A DNA stretch of 32,000 nucleotides, taken from Methanothermus fervidus DSM 2088 (GTDB taxonomy: Archaea > Methanobacteriota > Methanobacteria > DSM-2088 > Methanothermaceae). Of the stretch, positions 9,799 through 19,404 are shown piece after piece. The DNA is taken from assembly GCA_000166095.1 (NCBI GenBank), contig CP002278.1, forward strand, positions 300,001 to 332,000, given 5' to 3'. A model generated the notes under the pieces. The model saw only the letters and a list, made by a program, of their open reading frames with translations. It had not been told where the DNA came from and made no database searches. The first letter of the stretch is position 1. Every line of letters starts with the position of its first letter. The translations under genes were made by a program, and so were the position numbers.

Positions 9799-10812
9799 TT
9801 ATGTCCCGTTTTTAGTTTTTAATTTAATATATTCACCTATTGCTTCTCTTGTTGTGCCTACCACTGCTCTATATTTTTCTTTACCAATCATTTTCTCTAA
9901 TTTTCCTTTTACAACAATTTTTTCACCATTCTTTGCCTGGCCTGCATAAGTATGTGTAAATGAAACTACTTCATCAATGTTTGCACCAACATCAGGACCC
10001 TTTAAAACCTTCGTATTTTCAACTTTATATACGGCAGGTGTATCAAATGATGCTATATCATCGACAACTGTACATTCAAGCTTTATATCAGCAATTTGTT
10101 TATACTTTATTTCTTCCCATTTACCTTCTATTTCACTCCATTTCCTCGTTGCTAAGACATCAAATAAAGTTCCATCTATCAATCCTCTGTTATTTTTTCT
10201 TCTTTCATACCAGCAAAATTCTTTGAATGATAATGTATTATCTTTTATACGTTTTTTATACACTTTTTTCCAAGTCTTCAAATCTAAATCTCTCAAGCCA
10301 TGATTTTTATTTTTTATTTCTGCAAGTTTTTCTCTAACTATTTTATGATTTTTCAAGCCATAAATAACAAAATCAATATCAGATTTTTTTGGATCATAAA
10401 GTCCTGGTAATATAGAACCAGAGACTCCCATATATTTATATTGAAGTCCTACTTCATCATGAAAAATTTCTGCAAGTTTTATAACTTTTTGGAGCAATTC
10501 CACCTCAGGATTTTCGTTTAAAATTTTCTTTAGTTTTTCATTTGGTTGTAGTATTTTTTTAACCTTTCTTTTAGGAACTGATAACATTTTGATATTATTG
10601 TGATAATAAATGTACTCAGTATTTTCTAGAAGTTCGTAGGCTTCCTTTGAATTTACCTTTGAATATTTTTTGTTGTTTATTTGCCTATCACCATTAGGAT
10701 CTGGAACATATCTTAAAAATGCTATAAATCTATCTTTAGGATGTAAATAAGACACAGTTGCAAAAAAGAGGTCATCTTTCGTGTATATAAAATCACGTGG
10801 TCTAGATCTCAC
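9799..10812 (-). CDS. Polymerase-beta-like nucleotidyltransferase domain protein
   Basis: YMGVSGSILPGLYDPKKSDIDFVIYG matches the nucleotidyltransferase GS...SDIDxxI pattern; rest of the protein uncharacterised. Confidence 0.6.
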   Translation of the reverse strand: MRSRPRDFIYTKDDLFFATVSYLHPKDRFIAFLRYVPDPNGDRQINNKKYSKVNSKEAYELLENTEYIYYHNNIKMLSVPKRKVKKILQPNEKLKKILNENPEVELLQKVIKLAEIFHDEVGLQYKYMGVSGSILPGLYDPKKSDIDFVIYGLKNHKIVREKLAEIKNKNHGLRDLDLKTWKKVYKKRIKDNTLSFKEFCWYERRKNNRGLIDGTLFDVLATRKWSEIEGKWEEIKYKQIADIKLECTVVDDIASFDTPAVYKVENTKVLKGPDVGANIDEVVSFTHTYAGQAKNGEKIVVKGKLEKMIGKEKYRAVVGTTREAIGEYIKLKTKNGT

Positions 10813-10869
10813 CTAACCACCTTCTTTAAGGAAAATTTTATTCGATAAAAATTGTAGAAACTAAAAATC

Positions 10870-10983
10870 TTATAACCTGTGAACCACCCCTATGGAGCTT
10901 CTATCATGGGGAAATTTTGTCAAAAACTATCTCTCTATAGGAAATAATTCTGAGTAGAGGTTTTTCTTTCAGACAGGTTATTA
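10870..10983. ncRNA. Candidate structured RNA / 5' leader element with three helices; orientation unknown
   Basis: Terminal inverted repeat ttataacctgt (10870-10880) / acaggttatta (10973-10983), 10/11 paired, enclosing CCCC-t-ATG (10887-10894) / CATGGGG (10905-10911) and CTCTAT (10933-10938) / GTAGAG (10954-10959). Confidence 0.4.
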
Positions 10984-11098
10984 GACTATCTTTTCCCTTC
11001 GTTTTTATTTTACACATGTCTTCTGATATTCTGCATTTAACTCCTCGAATACTAGGTTTTTTAACTTTATATTAGAAGTGAAAGAATTTACCAAGACT

Positions 11099-11530
11099 TC
11101 ACTGATAAACTTTAAAAATAAGCTGTACTTCATCTTTGTCTATATAGGGTCTGTCAAATGAAATTTTTTTCCCAGTGATATCCATATAGAGCAGAGACAT
11201 CAGATGTACATAGGGACATATATATGGAGTTTTACCTTCTTTTAACATTTCCTGCAAAAATTCACTTAAATAAGGTTTTTTAACAATTAATATAACATTT
11301 TTGTCATTTTCTTTTATTTCAAAACTTTCTGCTAAGTTAAATTTTAAAAATAAATTTTTTAAGTCGCTGATATTCATTTTGTCTTGTATGTAACCATGCC
11401 TTTCAAGAAATTTCTTCATATGTTTTGCGACTGTCATGCCTACAGTTTTTCCACTTTCACCTAATAATTCATATAATGCAGAATTAATGCCATAAAATAG
11501 TGAATTAAGGAATACATGTCTTTTTTCCAT
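11099..11530 (-). CDS. Conserved hypothetical protein (143 aa), possibly a V4R-like small-ligand binding fold
   Basis: Open frame with ATG overlapping the upstream gene's stop (TAATG); weak resemblance only. C-terminal EVQLIFKVY. Confidence 0.5.
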   Translation of the reverse strand: MEKRHVFLNSLFYGINSALYELLGESGKTVGMTVAKHMKKFLERHGYIQDKMNISDLKNLFLKFNLAESFEIKENDKNVILIVKKPYLSEFLQEMLKEGKTPYICPYVHLMSLLYMDITGKKISFDRPYIDKDEVQLIFKVYQ

Positions 11531-11830
11531 TATTTCACCTCTACTTTTATTCCGCCAATTTTGGGTGATAAGTAATTGTAGATTACTGCTGCCAATCCAG
11601 AAATTATGAATCCGACTATAAATCCAATTACAGGTGCACTGAGTATCCCAACAATCATTGCATTATAATTAATTGCATAAGGCATTGGCATCATTGACAG
11701 ATGTATAAAGAATAGAAGACCAAATAACAGTAATTATCAAATTTATTATAGCTGAAATACATGCGATTATTATTGCAAAAGGTATAACACGTATTTTTCT
11801 TATCTCTTTAACTTTCTTTTCTTCTTCCAT
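11530..11830 (-). pseudogene. Small multi-TM membrane protein gene interrupted by an apparent 1-nt frameshift near 11719-11725
   Basis: From ATG 11830: MEEEKKVKEIRKIRVIPFAIIIACISAIINLIITVI, then the frame closes at 11669-11671; the +1 frame continues GLLFFIHLSMMPMPYAINYNAMIVGILSAPVIGFIVGFIISGLAAVIYNYLSPKIGGIKVEVK*. Total length is 301 nt (100 codons + 1). Confidence 0.7.
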
Positions 11831-11919
11831 TTATTTCACCAAAATTTTTTAAAGGCTTTTTTGTTTAATTTTATATAAATAACTTTTCTTTTTAACTTTT
11901 TAAAATGAAAAATAAAAGA

Positions 11920-14900
11920 CTATTGCTCAGGCCTTCTCAATAGATATCCTACCGCCATCAATGCAATCAATATTATAACTCCGATTATTCCTGCAAATGG
12001 CACTGATGATGGACTTCCAATTCCTTTAGACACTGGTGTAATCTCATATGCTTTACCTGCTGCAGCACCTGTAATTCCTGCTTTACCTGTAGCACCTGAT
12101 TCTGATGAGGATTTACTTGCAGCTCCAGAAGCTTGAGCTGCTCCTCTTGCACCAACTTCACCACCAACTCTACCTGAAGGACCTGAAATTCCTGGTGAAA
12201 CTCCCCTTGTTGCTGCAGTTCCAATTCCTACTCTTCCTAATGCAGTTGGAGCTCCTAGTTGTGATGGTGCTCCTGGAATTGAAGGTTGTGGTGTAGTTGT
12301 TGGAATTCCAGGGACTGAAGGTTGTGGTGTTGTTGGAGCTCCTGGGATTGAAGGAGCAAATGCAGCATTTTTTGTTGCTATATATAGCTGAGATCTTACT
12401 GAATTTAATAGATTTGGATTTACATAGTTTAATGCCCATCTTATCATAGCTATATTTCCACAACTGCAATCACAGCATGCTGGTCCATATCTGGCTATTA
12501 GAGCTGCCCATCTATTTGCAATTAATCTAAGAGTTTCTGTAGATGGATGCCAGAAGCCTTTGTGGGCTGCTGTAAGTAATGTACCTATGATGCTTATCAT
12601 TGCATATGCTCTATTTCCAGTTGATAGCCATTGTGATACTCCAATGTTGTATTTGTCTTTCACATATACATCTACAATTTCATTCCACATCCAATCTTGG
12701 ACTAGGTGAGGCGTTGTTACTTGAGATAACCAAAGGTTTGAGACAAATTTACGGCTGAAGTATCTGCCAGTTGGATCTGTTTTCATCATTCCTGTTATCC
12801 ATGAAGGATTAAAGTAACGTGTTGCCATCTCTTTAACCATAAATTGTTGTAAATCAAATACCTTTGGGTTATTTCTGTTTGCATAACTTAAAACCATTAT
12901 TGTTGGTGGAGATTTATTTATTCTTTCTATTGCCATTGAAAGTCCGCCCCAATAATCAAAGAAATCATCATTGTCAAGAACTCCATAAAGGTTTGTGTTT
13001 CTACTTGTATATACTATTGACACTCCACTTAATGCTCTCTTAAATACTTCTGGATTGTTAACTCCCCATTTCGTGCTTGAGTAAATATTACTCATTCTAT
13101 TTATGTAAAAATCTGCGAGCTGTGTCCTATTACTCCATGTCCATGCCATTTCAACAGATTTTGATATACCAGCCCCATAATCATTTTCTGGTGGTGCAAA
13201 TATTCGAGATATTGCAAGTTCTCCAGCTTCTTCTGGAGTCATGTTAAGGGACAGGTAATATGCAAAATCTTTCACCCAGTGTTTTGCTATATAATTATCA
13301 TTTAATGATTCGGATCCTAATCCATAAAATCCTACAGGTGTCAATACATAATCTAGAGCTTTTTTTAGTTTTTCACCATATTTCTTTTTAAGTGTTTCAT
13401 TATTAAGTATTGTATAATATGCTGCTGCAAGAGCCAATCTAAATGCTTTATCTAATATTCCAACTTGTCTACTGTACAAATCTCTAAATAAACCGGTTGT
13501 AACTATAACTACGTCAATTCTTTTCTTTGGCCATCCTTCTGGCCTAACAAGATCTTTTAATTCTACAAGTCTTGGAATTTCTTTGACTTTAGCGCCTCCA
13601 ACACCAGCACTTGGAGAGCTTGACCATTCTGGCTTTGCTCCAATAAGATGAAGTACCATTGATATTAATGCTCCATCATCACGTGCAGTTTCTGTACAAA
13701 AAATTCCTACAGCTATCTTTTCGACTTTACTTGCTTCTTCAATAACTTTTCTTTTTTGATTGGGTTTAAGTTTTGTAAATTTCTTTTTATAGAGTTTTTC
13801 TGAAATTTTTTCTGCTAAACCTTCAAGTGTTTGCATTGCTAATATTTTACCATATTCAACAGCTTTTTTAGTTGGTATTTCTTCCGCCTGATTTTGGAAA
13901 AAGTTTCTTCCCGTTGGTAACACGTCTGGATTAACTACTGGATCATTTCCAGGCCCTGGTGGTATAAAACCACAATTTAACGCATTTAACAGTGCTTTTA
14001 TTTCATTTTCAATGCTTTCTTTTATTAGGTTTACATATTTCAATGCTTCTTCAAGAACTTTTTTTAATCCCTCTGTTGGGTTTGAAGTTAAATTATTTAC
14101 TGTTGATTCAAGACCATTTCTAATTAAATTTCTAACTACTTCAATACATTTTTTGTTTATTTCTTCTTTTTGTGTAAATGTAAGGTTGTTGTATTTTTTT
14201 CCACAAATAAGCATTGATATTTCATCTTGTAAAGTTGTTTCAACCTTAGGTGAAATTTCGATAGGTATTGAAAGTATTGAAGTAACTAACATTGCAATCT
14301 CATCATCTGTCCAATTTTTACCAATGGCATGTAAACCATAAGGATAAAGTGTATTTTGTAGGGATGTTAAATAATCTTCAATTGCATCTACAAATTCATC
14401 ATCCTTTAATTCATCCAATCTTTTTCCAATGTAAGCCTCAATTATTTTTGTAAAGTTATTATTCTTGATGACTTCTTTCATTTTAGCTATAATTTGTGGT
14501 TTTACCGATGGATCTGCACCATCGTATTGGCTTACTAAAGATGCTAGTTCTCCATAACCCCCATATAATTCAGTGAATGACATTGGAGGAGTTAAATGAT
14601 CTATCATAACTGCTGATCCTCTTCTTTTAGCTTGAATACCTTCTGCAAGTCCATCCACAATATAGTAGTAAATTTGTGGCGTGCTTCCAACAACAACTTT
14701 TGGAAAGTCATATGGTGCAAGCAATACTTCTTTTCCTGGTAGCCATTCATAAGTAGCGTGTCTTCCAAGATGTACCATTGCATGAGTGTTTTCTTGGAGA
14801 TATAAATATGCTGCAAGATATTGGTGTGGTGGAGCTACAACCATACTATGGTATAATTTGTTGATATCTCCTTCCCATCCACGTTGAGGTTCTGGACAAA

Positions 14901-16947
14901 CAAAAATGTTACCAAACCATATTCCAGGAATAACAAAATATTTTGTGCCATTTTTTTCTATTGTCATTACATTTCCTGGTGGTTCACCCCATCCACAAAT
15001 TCCTGGAACTTTAAGAGAAAGAAATCGTTTTTTATAATCCATAAATTCTTGATAATAACTTTCGTTTTGGGTTAAAAGATATTCTTTTAAAATATTTACT
15101 ATCTTATCTAGTAAAGGTAACACATCTTTGGTTCTATTTTCTGGTAACAATGATACTAACCCTTGGTACCATGAATCTAATCTATCAAACATTTCTTGTG
15201 TATAATTCAATTCTACAGCTTTTCTACATAATTCTCCAATATATCCTACAGGACCTTCAATAACTTGAAGTTTTGTAATATTATCTAATTTTGAGAACCA
15301 TTCTATATATTTATCAACTGGGTAAAGAATTGCACCATTTTCTACCAGCTTTTCAAGCTCTCCTGGTGCCCATGGCGCAATATTAATAGCTTTTTTCAAT
15401 ATCAAATCAAGCAATTCTGTTGTATTTGTAGGAATGTTTTCAACTTTATATCCATTTTCTTTAAGAATATGAAGTAGATTATAAATGCTTGTTATAGTGT
15501 TAAGATAACTTGACCCTATGTTGCTTTTACCTGGTGGATAATTGTAGTAGATTAAAGCAATTTTTTTCTCAGAGTTAGGCATTCTTTTTAAAAGTATCCA
15601 ATTTTTTATTGTGTCTGCTAAAAGCTCAATATTTTTGTCTATCACCTTGTAATCACTGAAAACTAAGCCTGTGATGGGATCTTTACTAGGAGGTGCAAGC
15701 GTTGCAACTATTGTTGGATTTATAATCCCTTGTGCCTCTGGAACTGCTATATGCCACCATTTGTCACCTGTAAGATACCTAATCCCTTGTGAACTAATTT
15801 CCCATTGTTCTGCACTTATATAATCAGAATGTATTGCTCTAAAAACAGGTACATTCAATATTTCAAAAAATTTAATTACGTCTGTAAAATTATCACCGCC
15901 TAAACCAAAGGCTGGCATGCTTATTATAGCATCAACATAAACCTTATACTTAGATGGGTTTGCAAAGAAACTTTCAACATTAGGAGCATCTGTAAATGAT
16001 TCTACCATAACTTTTAACTGATCTGGTGTAGCACCATATGCTACTACTGGTATGACATTTATATTCCGCTTTTCTAGTGCATCGATGAGTGCATAATAAG
16101 GTCCTAATTGTTGAGAACCTACATACATTGTACTTTCAATAATACCAACACATCCGATGGCACTTGTTTTAAAGTAATGTTGTGCATAAACTGTGAGATT
16201 ATCATACCATCCATAGCGGTATATACCATAAATTTTTTCACCAGAAGAAGTTTTAGCCCAGTCAGGTTCGTGCCATTCTACTGAAAATCCTAACCTATTC
16301 AATGCCCATAATATTTGTTCTTTGAGTGCCAAAACATTGTTTAAATCTTTATATAAAACAGCCCTATTGAAATCTTCAGGAGATTTTATAGATGAAAGGT
16401 AATTTTTAACATAATCGTATGATAAACCTCTTTTGGTGTTTTGATACAAGTTATATAATTCTTCGTCTGAAAAATTTTCTAAGAGATATTTTCCTTTGAT
16501 GTTTGAATATCTCATCAAATTAATATACCCTGGAGCAGGTTCAAGAATTAGAAATATTCCATCTTTTTTATTTGTTATTTGTTTATTTTTTGAAAATATT
16601 TCTTGTAAGCGCTTTGACACTGAGTCACTGATCCATTCTCCAATAAATATTTTAGAATTAGAAATCAAATTAACAAATTCATCGTCTTGGATTTTTTCGA
16701 TCTGAGAGCAACTCCTTACTTGAAATTGTACGTTGTTAGTTAGGGTAGTGTTATTTTTTATTAATTCATGTACAGCTTGGTTGGCTATTATAGCTCCTTG
16801 ATTATCACTTAAAATAACTACTGTAATTTTATCTCTACTTGAGTTATTAAAATCTGTTGTATTTAATGCATATACATGCGTAGAGTTAGCTGAAATAAAA
16901 ATTATAAAAGAGATAATAATTATTGACATGAATATAATATTTCGCAT
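11920..16947 (-). CDS. Exported, membrane-anchored CobN/ChlH-like (cobalt/magnesium chelatase large subunit family) protein
   Basis: N-terminal signal peptide; CobN landmarks GIYRYGWYD, HLGRHATYEWLPGKEVLL, GLAEGIQAKRRGSAVMIDHLTPPMSF, QLQ..ARDDGALISMVLHLIGA, RIFAPPENDYGAGISKSVEMAWTW; Ala/Gly/Ser/Pro-rich tail and C-terminal TM (FAGIIGVIILIALMAVGYLLRR). Confidence 0.88.
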   Translation of the reverse strand: MRNIIFMSIIIISFIIFISANSTHVYALNTTDFNNSSRDKITVVILSDNQGAIIANQAVHELIKNNTTLTNNVQFQVRSCSQIEKIQDDEFVNLISNSKIFIGEWISDSVSKRLQEIFSKNKQITNKKDGIFLILEPAPGYINLMRYSNIKGKYLLENFSDEELYNLYQNTKRGLSYDYVKNYLSSIKSPEDFNRAVLYKDLNNVLALKEQILWALNRLGFSVEWHEPDWAKTSSGEKIYGIYRYGWYDNLTVYAQHYFKTSAIGCVGIIESTMYVGSQQLGPYYALIDALEKRNINVIPVVAYGATPDQLKVMVESFTDAPNVESFFANPSKYKVYVDAIISMPAFGLGGDNFTDVIKFFEILNVPVFRAIHSDYISAEQWEISSQGIRYLTGDKWWHIAVPEAQGIINPTIVATLAPPSKDPITGLVFSDYKVIDKNIELLADTIKNWILLKRMPNSEKKIALIYYNYPPGKSNIGSSYLNTITSIYNLLHILKENGYKVENIPTNTTELLDLILKKAINIAPWAPGELEKLVENGAILYPVDKYIEWFSKLDNITKLQVIEGPVGYIGELCRKAVELNYTQEMFDRLDSWYQGLVSLLPENRTKDVLPLLDKIVNILKEYLLTQNESYYQEFMDYKKRFLSLKVPGICGWGEPPGNVMTIEKNGTKYFVIPGIWFGNIFVCPEPQRGWEGDINKLYHSMVVAPPHQYLAAYLYLQENTHAMVHLGRHATYEWLPGKEVLLAPYDFPKVVVGSTPQIYYYIVDGLAEGIQAKRRGSAVMIDHLTPPMSFTELYGGYGELASLVSQYDGADPSVKPQIIAKMKEVIKNNNFTKIIEAYIGKRLDELKDDEFVDAIEDYLTSLQNTLYPYGLHAIGKNWTDDEIAMLVTSILSIPIEISPKVETTLQDEISMLICGKKYNNLTFTQKEEINKKCIEVVRNLIRNGLESTVNNLTSNPTEGLKKVLEEALKYVNLIKESIENEIKALLNALNCGFIPPGPGNDPVVNPDVLPTGRNFFQNQAEEIPTKKAVEYGKILAMQTLEGLAEKISEKLYKKKFTKLKPNQKRKVIEEASKVEKIAVGIFCTETARDDGALISMVLHLIGAKPEWSSSPSAGVGGAKVKEIPRLVELKDLVRPEGWPKKRIDVVIVTTGLFRDLYSRQVGILDKAFRLALAAAYYTILNNETLKKKYGEKLKKALDYVLTPVGFYGLGSESLNDNYIAKHWVKDFAYYLSLNMTPEEAGELAISRIFAPPENDYGAGISKSVEMAWTWSNRTQLADFYINRMSNIYSSTKWGVNNPEVFKRALSGVSIVYTSRNTNLYGVLDNDDFFDYWGGLSMAIERINKSPPTIMVLSYANRNNPKVFDLQQFMVKEMATRYFNPSWITGMMKTDPTGRYFSRKFVSNLWLSQVTTPHLVQDWMWNEIVDVYVKDKYNIGVSQWLSTGNRAYAMISIIGTLLTAAHKGFWHPSTETLRLIANRWAALIARYGPACCDCSCGNIAMIRWALNYVNPNLLNSVRSQLYIATKNAAFAPSIPGAPTTPQPSVPGIPTTTPQPSIPGAPSQLGAPTALGRVGIGTAATRGVSPGISGPSGRVGGEVGARGAAQASGAASKSSSESGATGKAGITGAAAGKAYEITPVSKGIGSPSSVPFAGIIGVIILIALMAVGYLLRRPEQ
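11990..12340 (-). repeat. Low-complexity region encoding the P/G/A/S/T-rich stalk of the CobN-like protein
   Basis: PSIPGAPTTPQPSVPGIPTTTPQPSIPGAPSQLGAPTALGR...GARGAAQASGAASKSSSESGATGKAGITGAAAG, with repeated PxxPGxPT/QPS motifs. Confidence 0.7.
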
Positions 16948-17044
16948 ATAAATTTACTCTCCCAATTTTTTTGATTTAGTTATTATAGCCTAAAAAAATA
17001 AATTTTTCCCTAAAAAACAAAAAATTTAAAAAAATAAAAAAGAA

Positions 17045-18358
17045 TCACCAAACATCAGCATATCCTTCTTCTTTCCCTGTATATCTAGCTATATACCTAA
17101 ATTCTCCCCTTGGAGCTATGTATTTACTTATCTCCCTCATCTGTGGATTCAATCCCTCAATTTCATATTTTATTCTTAGATTTAATGGAATTCTATATCT
17201 TGATGGATTTTTGACAATCATTGTTCCAGATACTGCATATTTAAATGGATATTTACCTAACTCTATTGTTTTTGTTTCATTTGGCTTTAGAGTTATTGTT
17301 AATTCTCTATAGCTGACTTTAGTTCCATTAACTGGATTTGTGTAGATTGAGATGTAATATTTTATGGTTATTGTTGATTTTCCTAAGTTTGTTAGGGTTA
17401 TTGTGAAGGTTTTGTTTCCAGAATATTTTGCTGATAATCCTGCAAGTATTATCTTATAAAATTTTCCTGTTCTATTATATGTTAATATGTTTTCACCAGT
17501 CTTATTGAAGTAGTTAGTTACGTCCCAGACATTGTATCCTGCATAATCAGCTGTAGTTTGGCCCCCAGGAAGTATAACATCATTGAATGTATACATTCCA
17601 TCTTGACTTGCAGCATGCACAACTGTAAGTGTAGCATTCTCTATTTTTTCTCTAATATTTGCTATAAATTTTGTTTTGCCTATGTAATTATTATCTTTAT
17701 AACTTACAACGTCATGTCCTAGATTGATCCAATATTCAGTAATGTTCGTGCTGTTTGGAATGTCATATGCAACAACAAGTGTTATTAATTTTATTCTGCC
17801 ATCACGAGATCCAGTGGTGTTTATTAGTGCAGTATTATATCCTGCTGTTGTAAGACTAGTTACATCATACCACATTAGATAATCACTTGTTACTCTCATT
17901 GTATGGTTGTTGACCATTAAGTAAGGATCATTGTCATGACCAGGGCCAAGAATTGCTGTATTATTGTTTCCAGCGGGTGGATAAGTGTAAGTTGTATTGA
18001 GGAATTGACTATCTAGCAATTTTCCATTGTAAGTTACATTAACATATGTTTCCTTAGCTTCTTGCATGTGTCCAGAATATACTAGAACATAAAGTGTTGC
18101 ATTTTTTACAATAGCATTTTCAGGCAATGGTTTAAATTTATAGTAAACATAGGCATTTCCTATACTTTGATTTGCACTTTCTGCATTCCCTGTGAACCCT
18201 AAATAACTGTCTATATAAAGCCCACCAGTCACCTTTCCATGTTTAACAGTTTCTAGTGGTTTGCCACCATAATAAGAGTCAGCATATGTCAACCCTGGTA
18301 ACATAAACAATGCAACCACTATGAGACCCAATATATAAATTTTCTTAATATTTTTCAC
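17045..18358 (-). CDS. DUF3344-like exported protein
   Basis: Signal peptide [26 protein letters not shown]; [43 protein letters not shown] pattern; many N-x-S/T sequons; upstream of the CobN-like gene on the same strand. Confidence 0.75.
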   Translation of the reverse strand: MKNIKKIYILGLIVVALFMLPGLTYADSYYGGKPLETVKHGKVTGGLYIDSYLGFTGNAESANQSIGNAYVYYKFKPLPENAIVKNATLYVLVYSGHMQEAKETYVNVTYNGKLLDSQFLNTTYTYPPAGNNNTAILGPGHDNDPYLMVNNHTMRVTSDYLMWYDVTSLTTAGYNTALINTTGSRDGRIKLITLVVAYDIPNSTNITEYWINLGHDVVSYKDNNYIGKTKFIANIREKIENATLTVVHAASQDGMYTFNDVILPGGQTTADYAGYNVWDVTNYFNKTGENILTYNRTGKFYKIILAGLSAKYSGNKTFTITLTNLGKSTITIKYYISIYTNPVNGTKVSYRELTITLKPNETKTIELGKYPFKYAVSGTMIVKNPSRYRIPLNLRIKYEIEGLNPQMREISKYIAPRGEFRYIARYTGKEEGYADVW

Positions 18359-18452
18359 CTCCTTTATTTTAATTACAATTTTTTTATTTGTATTACTACA
18401 AAATTATTTTTTTGGTTTTGAAACAATAAAAAAATCAAAAAATGTAGGAAGT

Positions 18453-18722
18453 GTGGAAATGCAAAAAAATTTGTTAATTGTGATATCAGGGGTTATGTTA
18501 TTAGGCATGTTTGTTAGTTTTATAATAATGTTTTTAGAGCCACAACAGATCCCAACAATAAAAATTGTTGAAAATAAAACCAATAATACATCTACATCTA
18601 TCCCACAATATCAACAAAATGATAAATACCAATCATATTATAAAGGTGGAGAAAACGATACATATATACCAAAATCAAAAGTGAATGTAGAATACAATTC
18701 TACTAATAAAACAGGAGGGTAA
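18453..18722 (+). CDS. Small single-pass membrane protein (89 aa) with N-glycosylation-like sequons
   Basis: NLLIVISGVMLLGMFVSFIIMFLEP TM segment followed by polar sequence (NKTNNTS, ENDTY, NSTNKT); better start may be ATG 18459. Confidence 0.55.
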   Translation: MEMQKNLLIVISGVMLLGMFVSFIIMFLEPQQIPTIKIVENKTNNTSTSIPQYQQNDKYQSYYKGGENDTYIPKSKVNVEYNSTNKTGG

Positions 18723-18725
18723 TAT

Positions 18726-19400
18726 TTGACAAAATGTGCCAATAACAAAGAATTAGCTGAAAAAATCAAAAAAATTTTAGAATTAGAAAGATCTCCAGTT
18801 GCTATAAAGCTTGTTAAGAAAAAAGAAGATATACCTTCCGGTATAAAGAGCGTTGAAAAAGAAAAAAGACATTGTGAGATGGTTGAGGAAGCATCTAAAG
18901 GAGGAAAATTTTATGCCACCTGCGAATATCACTTATGTAAGGGAGGAGCAGGTGCAATTGGAATATGTGAAATGCCAAGTAAAGTAAAAAGTGGAGAGTT
19001 TTACCTAGAATTAGGAAGATTCTCAAGTTTTCCAGCCGCCAACAGATGTGTAAATACAATCCCAAAAATAAAAGAAAGATTTTATGCATCAGTGTATGCT
19101 CCCCTAGAAGAAGCAGATTTTGACCCTGATGTTGTAGTAATAATTTGCAAGCCAAATCAAGCAATGAAACTTGTGCAAGCATTAGTTTATAAATTAGGTG
19201 AAAGAGTAACATCAGACTTTTCTGGAATTCAGTCAGTATGTGCTGATGCAGTGGCAGGTCCATACACACGAGGAAAACCCAACTTTACATTAGGCTGTAG
19301 TGGATCTAGACAATACACAGGAATTAAAGATGAGGAAATTATCGTAGGTTTAAATGGCGAAAATCTCTGTTGTGTAGTTGAATCATTAGAATCCATTTGA
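18726..19400 (+). CDS. DUF169-like protein
   Basis: LELERSPVAIKLVKKKEDIPSG, FYATCEYHLCKGGAGAIGICEMP, LPLEEADFDPDVVVIICKPNQAMKLVQA, SGIQSVCADAVAGPYTRGKPNFTLGCSGSRQYTG. Confidence 0.8.
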   Translation: MTKCANNKELAEKIKKILELERSPVAIKLVKKKEDIPSGIKSVEKEKRHCEMVEEASKGGKFYATCEYHLCKGGAGAIGICEMPSKVKSGEFYLELGRFSSFPAANRCVNTIPKIKERFYASVYAPLEEADFDPDVVVIICKPNQAMKLVQALVYKLGERVTSDFSGIQSVCADAVAGPYTRGKPNFTLGCSGSRQYTGIKDEEIIVGLNGENLCCVVESLESI

Positions 19401-19404
19401 AACC

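Noticed and set aside
9960-10303. Two plus-strand ORFs (88 and 112 aa) opposite the nucleotidyltransferase gene
   Set aside because: Both overlap a better-supported minus-strand gene and show no family features.
11985-12296. ORFs on both strands over the CobN-like tail (79 aa minus, 63 aa plus)
   Set aside because: QLQ/VKQ- and LQLQKLELLLL-type low-complexity translations caused by the repetitive stalk DNA read in the wrong frames.
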